Assembly (NCBI RefSeq): GCF_000143415.4
Contig: NW_003314310.1
Coordinates: forward strand, 1,234,611-1,298,610
Length of the DNA: 64,000 nucleotides
Direction: 5' to 3'
DNA from: Selaginella moellendorffii
Lineage: Eukaryota > Plantae > Lycopodiophyta
Below, piece by piece: positions 46,654 to 59,475 of this stretch. The notes beneath the pieces are model-generated. The model was given only the letters and a program-made list of their open reading frames with translations, did not search any database and was not told the DNA's origin. The translations under genes and the position numbers were made by a program. Position 1 is the first letter of the stretch. Each line of letters begins with the position of its first letter.

Positions 46654-49600
46654 TTACTTGCGTCCTCCTCTACGTGCTCCCGGTCCCTTATCTTCGTCGT
46701 CGCTTCCATCCACATCACCATACTGCCAGATGTTCAATCTCGCCTTGCGAGCTTTCTCTTGGTGCTCCGCCAACGCCTCCAAGGCGGCCCTCTTCTCCTT
46801 GCTGTCCCACTTGCCAGCCTTCTCCACCCTTGCAAGCCCAGCCTGTCCACCACAAGCACAAATCAATCAAAACAATGCCTCTTGTCAATGGACCTGAGTC
46901 CACTCACCTCCAAAAGCCCCGCATTCACGCTCATGCTCGTGTCAACGTCCACTAGCGTCACAATGAGCCGCGTCCCACTTCCCTGGCCTTTGACCTTGCC
47001 GCCGGACGCGTCCCGTCCCTCCACCTTGGCCATCATCGTCTTGCTTGTGCAGATAAACTCGGCCGCCTCTTCGCAAAATTCCTCTCCTTCACCGGGTACT
47101 CTGACGTGGGCAAGGCTGCACCACTGCGCCAGGCCTGGCGTCCCAGCCACCGAGGGGTCAATGGGCCGCAGTTGAGACAAAGGAACCACTTCCTGGTTTC
47201 CATAGTCGATATAAAACACCTCGTATTCACCCTTGCCAGCCTTTGGAGCGTTCACAACCTGAAACACAAGCCGTTATAATCAGCTCAGCTCTGATTATAT
47301 GCCAAGAAACCACACAAAAGTGGACTCACCAGGCCACGATACCAAGCACCGTCATAGTTAGCCAGTACTAGCTGTCCCCTTTCCGGAGTAAAACCTGCGG
47401 GGGCTGCCTTTTCAGAAAGGCTCAACGATTCAAGTTGCTGCTGAATGCTGGACGCCCGGGTATCGCTCACTTCTTGCACATAAAATGATCCGCCAGCCAG
47501 CACTTGCGTAACTTGCACCTGAAACTAGAGAAGTTTATTGTTACGTCGAAAACAACAAGAGTTACCTGAAAGACTTCTTGCTTGGAAGGCTTGTCCGTCG
47601 ATTGCTTCTCGGATTCTCCATCGTCGCTAACATTCTCCCAGATCTACAGAACCTAGTCAGACCAGCTTTTGAGCTTGTTCATGCCACAAACCTTGAGACG
47701 TTGCGTTCTCGCATGCTCTTCGGCCTGCATGAGGAGATGGCCATCCGTGATCCTCTCCGCGAAACCTGGCTGCAGCTTAGCCAGCCCTGCTTCCAAGAGG
47801 CCGATAGCGACGTTTACTTTCCCCTCGTAAAGGCTACCAAGGAAAGTTCCAGTTCTATCCGCTGTCTCTACTTCAATCTGGCAAAAGCTAAAACATTAAG
47901 GCGGACAAACAGCACCACGTACGCACCTCAACGTCACGCTGTGACACCCGTCGCCGCATGAAAGCGAGCGCTTCGTCTGAATAAGGCTCGCCTTTCCCAG
48001 GACACCTCACTCCCGAGAGTGAAAAGAATATCAAGCATGTCTCTTTGGGAACAAACAGCTTGTACCGATGACCGCTCAGTACGAAGTCCACAACTGCAGA
48101 CAGCCGCCTTGCTCTCTGGAGGAATGGCAAGAACTGCTTGGCCTTGCTCGCAAGCAAGGCCTGCTTGGCCTGTAACGTCTGCTTGGCTTTGCTTGTCTGC
48201 AGAAAGACGGAGCGTTAAGGCCGAACACTATACAGGGTTTTGACCATACCTGAGTCGGAACCATAGTCAAATCGTTGATATGGGCTGGCGCACTGGGAGG
48301 CGTTCCTTTCTTCCCGGGCTTCTGAGATTTTCTCTCGGCAGCGACTAAGTTGTCGTAATAATGCGAGCGATCATCAAAATCTCTGTGCCGCACAACCTGA
48401 GCGTGTCCATTGGCCAGCACCAGCTCTGCCACGTTAAAGCCCTCGGGTTGCCCGGGCAGCGGCGGCTCAAACACCTCGGCGCCCTGGGGAGCCGACGACA
48501 AGAACACGGAACCAAACTCAAGAAGCCGGGTCCCTCCGGCCTCGGAATCGGTGGTAATGGTCCGGGAGTACTCCATAAACACACGCACCTGAACCATGCA
48601 AGCGGCGGGTTGAGAGAGAAACAAACGAAAGAGCGCGCCAAACCAACCTGCTGCCCGATAAGGCGGGAGCGGAGGAACTCCTTGGCCTCCCTGAAGCGCG
48701 CTTCCGCATCAGTTCTCTTGGGTGCCTGAATACTCGACAGATTAACACGACGGTCCCAATTCGGTCTTCCCAGCGGGATCGCGTCATCGGCGACAACGAT
48801 GCAGTCGGCGCTCGTCACCTCTATCACCTGGGCGCGCGCGAGTTTAGCTCAAAAACACCAAGAGCAACAACAAGGTACCTGTCCAGTGAAGACATCGTTC
48901 TTGATGGCCTTGGTATTGATCTGCGGGACGAATCCAGCAAACAGCCGGAGCCTGTCCTTCTTGGCTTGAAGTTCAGCAGCTTTGAGGCGGCGCTTCTCGT
49001 CTTCTTCCAGCATGTTGGCACTCCATTCGGCGTACTTAGCCAGGCCCTGCAATCCTCGCAATGGTCAAGGACTCAAGAGTGGAGCAGGAGTCTACCTGTT
49101 GCAAGAGTTCCAAGGCAAGGTCTACAGTCTCTTTGTATTTGACAGACCCAAACAAGGTGTTGAACTTGTCCGTCCCTTCCAAGACGATTATAACCTGCCA
49201 CACAAGGATTTATCAGGGGATGAAGCAAGTTGAAGAAGAGAGCATACTTCTCTATGCAAGATCCTGCACTCCGTGAAGTGCTTTGCCTCTCTTGCCCATT
49301 CCTCGGGAGCTTCCAGGTTGGTGGACGCTGCCAGCTTCTGAGCAGTGGTAAGTGTCGTTGGTGCCGCTGCTCCCTCTCCTGCCTCTCCGTTTTCCGCGTC
49401 TTTGGCATCTCCGCCACCTCCCGCACTGGCCGGAGCCACCCGTCTTCCCATTGACGGAGCCTGAGAGCGACTGCTAAGAAAAAAAAAAGGAAGAAGGAAA
49501 GGGTTGGTGCATACCTGAACTCCAGCTAGATGCACCTGTACAAACTGAAAGCTTGGGAGTAAATAGACTCGGAATGAGCTCCCGTCCCTCACTTGCTCCA

Positions 49601-50363
49601 CAAATGCCCGAAGAGGCTTCCCCTTGCTAGACTCAAGGAGAGCACGGGCATCAAAGGTGGACGTGTCACCGATTGCAGATGGGGGGATTGAGCGTATGGA
49701 TCGCTCGCCAGCTTCCTGCAACACAGGTGACAAGCTTATAGTCAGGGTGGGGCGCAACCTCCTCCATTTCGTACCTTGTTCCATATTCCAAGGCCCTGCT
49801 GCCGTGCTTGTTCTTCAGCCTTGAGGAGTTCCTCGATAAAAGGACTCTTCTCTGCACCTTGTCGGACCTGCAGGAAAGATGGCAGATCTAAGCAAAGGTT
49901 TGCATCACCTGTACCTTGGCCCATCCAGCGCTGGCAACGGCAAGCGCGACGTTGGCGTCATCCATAAACACAGAGCCAAATTCTCTGTTGTTGAGGTTTG
50001 CAACGGCATAGTCCACCTTAAAAGTCACCTCCTAGATGGCCACGACCACGAGCGTGAGAGAAGTGGCAGGGAGTGGCGAGCATGAACACAAACCTTCCCG
50101 ATGCATTTGTTCCTGAGAAACTCCCGGCTGTCCCATGCGAAAGGCTCATCGCTGGTGTCCCTTCGGGCCTGCCAAGCCAGCAAAAGGCATGAGACCGGAT
50201 CACTGCCTGCAAAACCAGAATTTGCACTCACCAGCCTTGGAGCCATGAGCGAGGAAAGCGTGATGGACTTTTCTGGCGGGATTCCTTCCTTGGCGGTTCC
50301 CATGATCACCAGAGAATCCCCGGATGGCACAGCCTTGACCGTCCCCTTGAACCATCCCGCCAT
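46654..50363 (-). CDS. TSN: Tudor staphylococcal nuclease (Tudor-SN), multi-exon
   Basis: [60 protein letters not shown]; many ~50-nt GT-AG introns. Confidence 0.95.
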
Positions 50364-50714
50364 ACTTTGCGGATTCAGCAACCGATCTCGTGGAAGTCAG
50401 CTGCCCAGGCCCCAATCCTCGAATCTGTCACAACACACGGAGTCACAATCAAGTGGTGCGATCCATGAGAATAAGCATACCCAAAGGCTGGATGGATGTG
50501 GCGGCAGCAAAGGGTGGTATAGATCCGCAATCCGATCCGATCCAAAAACCGCCGCCCCGATCCAGGAGCTCCGCCGCACAGCGCAGAGAGAGAGAAACAG
50601 GGGAATTATATATACACGCTTAAAGCTCCCTTTTGCGTCTGGGGTTCGATTCCGGACACCCTTTTTCTTTTTACTACACGCGCTATTTATTATTGAAAAT
50701 GAGAGAAACTCGAA

Positions 50715-52066
50715 TCAAGGAGCTTGTGCTTGTTTCTTCTTCGCCTTGGTCTCCTGCTGCTGCTGCTGCTGCTGCTGGGCATGGAGGAAGCCGAGAACGG
50801 AAGCCCGCTGTGTGTGGAACAAGAAGTGAGCTTGGGACACAAATAGTAAGTGCGTAGCCGTACCCGTTTATTCAGAGATTCGTCCCGTGGCGACGGCGGA
50901 CAGGTGAGGTGCTCCAACCTGGTGATGGCGGCGGTAAATCCCTCCGCCGCCTCGCTGTCTCGTCCCATGGCACGCTGCACGTCTGCAACCTTGGCCAACG
51001 ACACAACCACGTCGATGCTCTGCACACACACAGACGCCAACGTTAAGGCACGAGCCCTTATCTTGACGTACCTCTGCTGACAAGTCGTTCCGGCCAGCTT
51101 GAGCCCTGTCTCGGACTTGTAGCGCCTGCTTGTACAAGGCCAGGGCGCACTCGAGATCGTCCGCGTAGTACTTGAGATCACCCAGCTTGTTAAGGGACAC
51201 CGACAATGCATGAACAATCTGTGCATTACGAGCGAGAGCTCAGTTAAATACAAACGTGGGGAAAAGCTCACTTCCGCATTCACGTCGACGCCAGTTATGG
51301 CTTGGAGGACGCTCACACTCTCTGCGTACTTGTCCATCGCGCCATCCAAATCTCCCATGGCTCGCCTACACACAAAACGCTCCCATGGAATCACAAGCAG
51401 CCATGCTTGCATGCAAGCCTTCAACTTACAGGCAGTCGCCCAATAAACCAAGAACAGCACCATGTTGCGAGCACACCTCCGCCGAAGCCCCTTTGGTCTC
51501 CATCATCTCCCTCGTGTCCTCGACACAAAGGTCCAGTCTAGCCTTGGAGCTCTCCAGGTTTTGCGCTTGAAAGGCCTGCATCGTCGAGACGCGAATCCAT
51601 CAATGGCTCGATGCAAAAAACAAACCACCACACTCGCATGGCATGCTGGAGGAGAAAGCTTCCCCTGGCGAGGCTGGCGTCCTCGTAAACCACAGGCCCC
51701 TCTTCTTGCTGCTGCTGCTGCCTCCGTACCCTGGCGTGTCCCTGAATGAACTGGTCAACCAGCTTCTGCAGCTCGCCATCCTCCTCAAGCCCGCTTATGT
51801 CGACACCACACAGGGGGCAGTCGCTGAAGCGGGCAATGCAAGCGCTGCCACGAGACCAAAACCATTCACAAATTTCTCGTCTCGTCTGTGTTTTACCTGC
51901 AAAAGACATGGCGGCAGGGAAGGCAGCGCGCGGCCTTGAAGAGGAGAGCCCGGCACACTAGACAGCTCAAGGGGCCGAGCTTGAACGAGGCAGTGTCGTA
52001 GCCAAGTGGGCACTTGGGGCTGCTGTCGCTCACCTCGTGAGTCGCTCCACCAAACGGGCAGGCCAT
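50715..52066 (-). CDS. NCA1: RING + TPR catalase chaperone (NO CATALASE ACTIVITY 1-like)
   Basis: KCPLGYD, RFSDCPLCG, VVYEDASLARGSFLLQHAMR, SVSLNKLGDLKYY, DVVVSLAKVADV. Confidence 0.88.
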
Positions 52067-52072
52067 CTCACC

Positions 52073-53972
52073 TCAAGCCCTAATATCATCACTGTCGCTT
52101 GTCTCTCTCTCCACAAGGCCTCGCTCCGCAGCGTACACCTTGCGTCCAAACTCTTCGTCGCTGCAAGCTAGCATCTGCTTGAGCCTAAACTGCAGGCCCT
52201 TCCTCTCCAGCAGCTCATGCCTCGCAACTATCCTCGACTCTAGAGCGTAGCTGAAGAACCTGAGAAACTGAGTCAGCCAAGCCAAGCTTGACGTTGCTTT
52301 TATACACATGTACCTGGGAAACTTGATCACCTCCTCTAGCCGCCGTCGCATTACACGTTTGAGGTAGAGATACTTGGGCTCAAGAACCGCTGGATTGTAC
52401 TTGACAAGCATGGGGAAGTCTGCGATCATTTGGCCCAGCTGATGGCTCTGTATTCCCAAGGACATGAAAAACCTCACGTTGTCCGACAGCCGGAGGTTGA
52501 GGCTACATCCTATGATCTCGGGCTGTGACGCAATCACCTTGCCAATCTTGTCTTCGCTCACACCAGCATCGTCGAGGAGAAACCGGACCTGTTGGGCACC
52601 CGTGTCACTTACTACCATCCACTCACTCCACAGCACAAACTTACCACGGGCCTGATCCTTTTGTTGAGGCTTGCGGTGAGCAACGGCGGGAAGCCAACGA
52701 GCACCTGCCCAATCACTTCCTCGTGCACGCCGATGGCCCTCAGAAACTGGACCTGTTCCATGGTAAGCGTGAGAGCCGGTAAAGGTGGCAGAAAGCACGC
52801 TACCTTTGGAACAATGTTTATGGAAAGGTCGAGGCAGAGGACAGAGGGGTTGAGGGACAGAATCCTTCGGATGCCTGAGCGCTCAACGCCCAGGCAATAC
52901 AGGAACTTGACAATTGGTTGCCACGACTCTTCCACACTGGCACCCAGTAAATGAGGCCGCGTTACAACCATGTTTCCGATTGTGTGGTCTCCCAGCCCAA
53001 AGCCTCGCAGATAATCCAACTGCCAGAATGATAGCTTATACAAAACGTAAAGAAGGGACTAACCTTTGCAGCCATCTCCTGGATTGAAAGACGGCCAAGG
53101 ATAGGAGGGAAGTTGAATGCCATTGTTCCAAAGCTGTACTCGTCAATTCCTAACTCGGTAAACATTCCAATCCTTCGATTGAGTTGGTCGTGATCCTCAA
53201 GCAAGACCGAAGGAGAGAAGGTGAAGACGAGTCCCATCCACTCCCTCTTGAGTCCCGCGTTCTCCAGAAGAGCAACGTTGTGGTTGAGCTCGTTGAAAGG
53301 TCGCAGGAGGAGCGCGGGCTGCTTGCTGAGCACCGCACCCAGGTCTCTCCCCTTGACGTGAAGATTCTTGAGCCACTCCACCCGCAAGCGGAGGTGATCC
53401 ACCTCGTCCCCGACGTAGCAGATGAGCTCCCCAATCTTGGAGGCCGTCAAGTGGTTGTGTCGCAGCCATCTACACGTGACAAGGACGCGTTAAGCGCTGC
53501 TAGCCGTGAGGCCGAGAGCTGGCTGCGCTCACCTTATCAGCGGCACCACGCGGGACTTGTCAATGCAGTACCTGGCTCGGGTGGCGAAGGAGAGGTGAGC
53601 GTAGCTGGGGTCGCGCTTGAGCACCACTGCCCTGGTGATGATGGTGTCCATGAAGTGGGAGAGGTGGCCAACAATGCAGTTGGAGGAGGTCGGCCCAAAC
53701 TTGGCGGCTTGCATCGCTGCCACCATCGCGGCTGCCGCCACCTTCCTCTTGGAGACAATGGACCGCTTCAGCTCATCGCTTGCATCGTGGACGAGCAGAA
53801 TGTCCTCCAAGCGCCACCGTTGCTCCGGTTTTGCTGGTGTCGCCGCCCTCGCCCCGAGCAGCTCTTGACCACTGCCGCCAAACTCGACGCTGCTGGCGTT
53901 TTGCCTCCGCCGCCCAAGCCCCTGTTCGATCGAGGCGCTCGCACACCACACCTGCACGGCCACAGCAGCCAT
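52073..53972 (-). CDS. mTERF family protein (plant MTERF2-like), multi-exon
   Basis: Repeated mTERF motifs (PHLLGASVEESWQPIVKFL, FPPLLTASLNKRIRP, FPRFFSYALESRIVARH). Confidence 0.9.
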
Positions 53973-54015
53973 ACGAGTATGACCTAGGCTTGTCAGACTA
54001 GGGCAAGGCCTCCCG

Positions 54016-55339
54016 ATGGCGGGCGAACAGGTGTGTGCCGCCGCCTCCTCGCTCTTCTCCTCCTCCAATCCATTCAAGCGCGCTGCCGCGGATGTGGATG
54101 ATGGAGAAGCAGCGCGCATGCCAAAGAGGCCAAGGCCAGCACCAGAGGTAACGGAGGATGAAGATAGCGATGAGTGTGATGATGAGCAGCTGGAAGATGA
54201 AGCTGATGCTAGCTTGCGGGAACAAGACGAGGAATGCCGCTATGACAGCGACGAGAAGTTGCAGAGGACCGTATTTGTGGGTAATCTGCCACTGGACACA
54301 AGGAAGAAGGTGCTGATTAGGACCTTGTCATGCTTCGGAGCCATCGAGTCGGCTCGCTTGCGATCGGTGCCTGTTGGAACGGTGAGCCGGACATCCAAAG
54401 TGTAACCAGCTTATATATCTCCGATGCTTTGTGCAGACCAAGATGCCAAGGAGGGGCGCTGTCATAACTCGCAACCTCAGCGACAACCGAAGCAGGTATG
54501 CAATCTCTACTGCCTGTCTCATACTCTCTCTCCCTTCCACAGTTTGAATGCCTACGTTGTCTTCAAACACGTAGACTCTGCAAGAGCGGCGCTCACATAC
54601 AACATGAGCGAGGTACAAAGGAAACAGCACAGTCTGTCCAGGCTTATGTCTAGCTTTGCAGTTTGGAGGCAAACACATCCGTGTGGACATTGCTGGAGCC
54701 CGGAGTCAATTGTCCAAGGGAGCCGTCTCTTACGATAAGGATCGTTCCATCTTTGTTGGAAACCTGCCTTTAGATGTCGAGGTACAGGCTTAGCAACGAG
54801 CTTGCCTTCTCATGAGTGAACACTTACAGGATGAAGAGCTCTATGCTCTGTTTTCTGTTCCTGATGTGGCGCTGGAGGCTGTGCGTGTCGTCAGAGATCA
54901 GAAGACCAACATTGGCAAAGGTTTCGCATTTGTGCTGTTCAAGTCCAAGGTTCGTGCTGTGCCTTCAAAACTTGTACCTCACTCAGCATTCCAGGACGAT
55001 GTCAAGCATACATTTGAAAGAGGTGCTCTTGAGCTGCGCAACAGGAAGCTGAGGCTTCGTCGAGTATCTAATCGCAGCCAACAAGAGACAACGAAACCAA
55101 GGCGCCGCTACAACAAGCCTGCAACAGAAAGCAAGGTGAAGACTCGGAGTTACGAAGGTAGCCGTTCTGGACAAAAGAGACGCGCCTTTCCCCAGCGACT
55201 CACTGTGGCAGGCAAAGACGCCAAAGAGGGTGAGGCAAGAAAGAAGAAAAGGCCTGCAGTTCTCGCAAGGAAGGCCAAACAGAAGGGCCTTGAAGTTCCC
55301 ACATCCAGTAAAAAGAATAAGCCTGGGAAGAAAACTTGA
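54016..55339 (+). CDS. Two-RRM nucleolar protein (RBM34/Nop12-like)
   Basis: RTVFVGNLP, IESARLRSVP, NAYVVFK, RSIFVGNLPLDV, AVRVVRD..GKGFAFVLF; basic tail. Confidence 0.87.
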
Positions 55340-55351
55340 GTAATAGCCTTC

Positions 55352-57028
55352 CTATTTGTGTATGCCCAGTCTGCTTCGAAAGTCCTCAACCATCAACGGC
55401 AATCCGTCTCGAAGTGCAACCTGGTTACGATGTACACAAAGATTAGGGGCCGAAAGAGACTTTGCACAAACCTTGGGCTCCCACTTCAATATGGATTTTG
55501 CTTTCGTAATGTCTGGCTTGCGCTTTCGAGGGTCATCTGGAGTGTTGTCAACAACCTTCCACTTAGCAGATGAATCCACCAGCTGAACAGTTCAAAGTTG
55601 TTTAGCTAGCTATATACACAAAGCTACGAACCTCTCGCACGGCTTCTGCCAGCTCTAGAATTGTGAACTCGCCTGAAAACGAGACGATCAGTACCAGAAA
55701 AGAAGAGATGGTGCTTCTGTTTCTTTACCTGGATTTCCGAGGTTGATGGGACCAGTGTCATCGCAAGCCATCAGTTTGATGAGGCCGTCAACCTGCAAGC
55801 ATCGATGCCAAAAGTAAAGGCTTGCAAACATATGGGAACGTAACATACCAGATCCGAAACATAGCAAAAGCTGCGTGTTTGGCTACCAGGAGCTTGGACG
55901 GTCATTGTTTCCCCCCTGTCAAGATTATACAGCAGGACATCCATTTCGCATGCAGCATACCTTAGAGCTTGGGCAATGAAGTTGCTAACGACCCGTCCAT
56001 CGTCGATATTCATCCGGGGCCCGTAAGTGTTGAAAATGCGAGCGATCCTTATCTCTGAGAATTACTGGACGTCAGAACCAGCGTCATCAAGCTAAAGCAA
56101 TCGAGCAAACCAATCCCGTGCTGCCTGTGATAGTCAAACATCAACGTTTCGGCCACGCGTTTTCCCTCGTCGTAGCAGCTCCTAACACCTGCTCGGCACA
56201 ATGAGCAGGCAGTAGACAAGACAAATATCTGGTGCACGTACCTATGGGATTCACATTGCCCCAGTATTCCTCCTTTTGTGGATGCTCCAGTGGATCCCCA
56301 TAAACTTCGGAGGTTGACGTGAGTAGAATCCTGTATGGTTTGAGAATGCGAGTTAGTTTGCTTGCTCTTGTGACAAGAGAGGAGATTAACCTGGCTCCAA
56401 CACGCTTGGCAAGGCCCAGCATATTTAGTGTGCCCATCACATTCGTTTTGATGGTCTGGAAAAGCCAGCATTGGGATGAACTAGTAGTGTTTTTAAACAG
56501 CTACTCACTTTCACGGGATTGTACTTGTAGAAGATGGGAGAAGCGGGACATGCCAGATGGTAAATCTGGTCAACTTCCACAAGCAAAGGCTCCGTGACGT
56601 CTGAAACAGGGAGCAGCATGATCATAGTTGCAACACTTGTGCGCACCATACCATGGCGCAGAAGCTCAAAGTCTGGATGGCCGATCCAGCGCCTGAGGTT
56701 GTCTTTCGTCCCAGAGAAGAAGTTGTCAGCGACAATCACCTGCGCGGCAAGTAAAATGCGTGCGGATTCATGCACGACCACGCACCTCATTGGTACCAGC
56801 TTCCATGAGGCGATCAACCAGGTGAGATCCAATGAAGCCCGCGCCGCCAGTGACTAGGATCCTCATCTTTTGCTGCACAAAACACACAGAAAACGCATCA
56901 CACAATCCAGATCTAGGGAGCCTTACAGATGCGAATTTGGAGAGCCGAATTGGCGAGGGCTGGGGAGGAGATCTTGCCAGATGCAGAGAGGGCGAGCTGG
57001 ATTCATTCGAGTTGGCGTTGTCCCCCAT
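55352..57028 (-). CDS. UXS: UDP-glucuronate decarboxylase (UDP-xylose synthase)
   Basis: [65 protein letters not shown]. Confidence 0.96.
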
Positions 57029-57199
57029 TTGGCAGACGCTGTGGAGTGGGAAAAAACGAGCTGGATCCAAACACGTCAGTTTTTGCAGAAGAGACGAGAT
57101 CCCGGACCTTGCTTAAATCTGAAGAGATTAGGTCTCTTGTCAAAGGCAGGGTAGCTCGTAGATATAGCCGGGGCATATTCGCCGAGGGTTTTGGCAGAA

Positions 57200-58309
57200 A
57201 TGCGACGAGCAGCGGCAACGTTGGTGTGTGGCGATGCATCGCTGCTGGTGGCCAGTCGCTGCTGTGGCTTCAATCGCCGGTGCCAATGCGTCGCCTCACC
57301 TGGTGCGCTCTTGTGGCGGTCGCGGTCGTGGATGACGGGATGCCCGGGCACAAGCGTGAGGGTGTTTGGAACAAGGACAGCACGCAGCCCCGTTGCCGGT
57401 GGTGCCGTGCCCCCGTCGTCTGCGACCCGTGAAGAGGAGGAGGAGGAGGAGGAGAGCGACGCGGAAGAATGGTCGGATGGATCAGAGTCAGGCGATGAGA
57501 GCCAAGGTGTGTATCAAGCGCCTTTGCTACTTTGCATTATGGCCACTGTGTTGACAGTGTAAGGTGCTCGACCTTGGAAGATGACGGATTTGGAGGGTTT
57601 GACGGCGGGGAGAAAGAAGCGGAGGTGAGCGCTTCGCTTCATCTTGAGCCGCCTGTGCTATGGAGAGACTTGTGTGTGCCAGGTGGGGGATGGTGAGGAT
57701 GGAGGCGGAGTGGTGCTCGGGGCCGCTCCCTGGGGTGCAAGGGCCTTGGATATTGCCCGGAGGATGCTGACGCCGGAGCTTGCTCTCTACGGCTTCAAAG
57801 TGTGCTCCACGGGCTTCATACAGGTGCGGCTGGACAAACTCACCGACAGGTATGCCTGTTTCCTGCGCGCTCTGCTCCTCATGGTACTCCTCAGGTTTGG
57901 CTCTCCAACCATTGAGGAGGTGGAGAAGTTCAACACGGAGTATGGGGCGCTTATCGAGGAGGCTGGACGCGCTGGCCTTGTCCCTGCTAACGTTGCTATA
58001 GAGGTGTCGAGCCCTGGTGCGGAGCGTGTCGTCCAGATCCCTGCGGAGCTAGAGCGGTTCAAGGAGCTGCCAATGCAGGTGGTCTACTACGCGGATGGCT
58101 CAGTGGAGCAGCAGCAAATCTTGGTGCTGGAGTCGTTTGACAGGGAATCGCTGACGAGCGTCTGGAAGCTGGCCAATGTGCGGGTCAACAGGGAAGCTCG
58201 GGGCAAGGGCAGGGTGCTCAACAGGAGGCAGAGGGAATGGAGGCTGGAGTTGGCGGTGGCGTCGATAAAGTTGGTGCGCCTACATGTGGATGTCTTGGCA
58301 GAGGAATGA
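57200..58309 (+). CDS. Plant RimP-like (ribosome maturation factor N-terminal domain) protein
   Basis: VRLDKL..FGSPT, IEVSSPGAER, WKLANVRVNR; transit-peptide-like N-terminus. Confidence 0.8.
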
Positions 58310-58443
58310 AATCTTTTGTTTCTGTTTACGGCTTTGATTTTTTGGGGAGGAGACCTAACGTCCCGAACGCAGAGCGAAGTTTTAGGTCTTGCTTGGATTG
58401 GAGCCCTAAACCAGTTTGTGGGGTAAGAATTTTCTTGGCAAGG

Positions 58444-59348
58444 ATGTCCGTCTCGCTCGACACGCAGACCAAGCTTGGGATGAGCTTGGACGATCTAGCG
58501 TCACACAGAGGGCGCCGCATTCAGAGTGGCATTGTGGGCAAGCGCTCCTCTCGCCGGAGTGCTCCGTATAGGTTGCCTTCCCGAGAAAGAAGCCGCGCTC
58601 CGTCAAGGTGGGTTTCATCTTGTTTTGCCTTGCGGCCCTTAGGTCATGGTGCTCAGGTCGCTGGTTGAGCTGTGCAACAATTGCCGCCGCACCGGACATT
58701 TTGCGCGAGACTGCCCCAATGCGTCAGTGTGCAACAACTGCGGCATCTCTGGGTACTTTGGTGTTTTTTTTTTCTCTTTGTGCGCTCGATTGTGACCTTG
58801 GTGCGTGCCCTTCCAGGCACATCGCTGCCGAATGCCCAACAGAGCCGCTGTGCCGAAATTGCAAGAAGCCGGGTCACATTGCGAGCGAGTGCCGCAACGA
58901 ACCCATCTGCAACTTGTGTGGCAAGTCGGGGCACGTTGCCAAGGGTTGCATCGTCCAAGAGACTGGCCTTCCCAAGTCGCTTCTGTGCAACAACTGCTAC
59001 AGGCCCGGGCACTTGGCCGCCGAGTGCCCCAACGAAAAGGCATGCAACAACTGCCGCCAGTCGGGCCACCTGGCGCGCGACTGCTCCAACACTCCCGTCT
59101 GCAACAGCTGCAGCCAGCCGGGCCACATTGCCCGTGAGTGCCCCTACTCCTCCATGCCGCCGCCATCCTCCCGCGCCCTGGGAGCCTACTCCGATATCTT
59201 TTGTCGCAACTGCAAGCAACCGGGCCACATGAGCAAGGACTGCAGGCAGGTGGTGGTATGCCACAACTGCGGCGGCCGGGGTCACATCGCCGTCGACTGC
59301 CCTTCCGACCCCATGCTGGCGCGAGGAATCATGAGCAGGAGGCGCTGA
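58444..59348 (+). CDS. Multi-CCHC zinc-knuckle protein (GIS2/CNBP-like)
   Basis: About nine CX2CX4HX4C repeats; two short introns. Confidence 0.9.
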
Positions 59349-59475
59349 TTCCCAAGACAAAATTGTGTGCTTCGTATCGCCTTGTTTCTTTTATTGTACA
59401 CGCGCTTTGTTACCTCTTCTCCTCTTCAATTCAATTTTGCCTCTACCTAGTCTTGGGTCTCTACGCTCTAATCAG

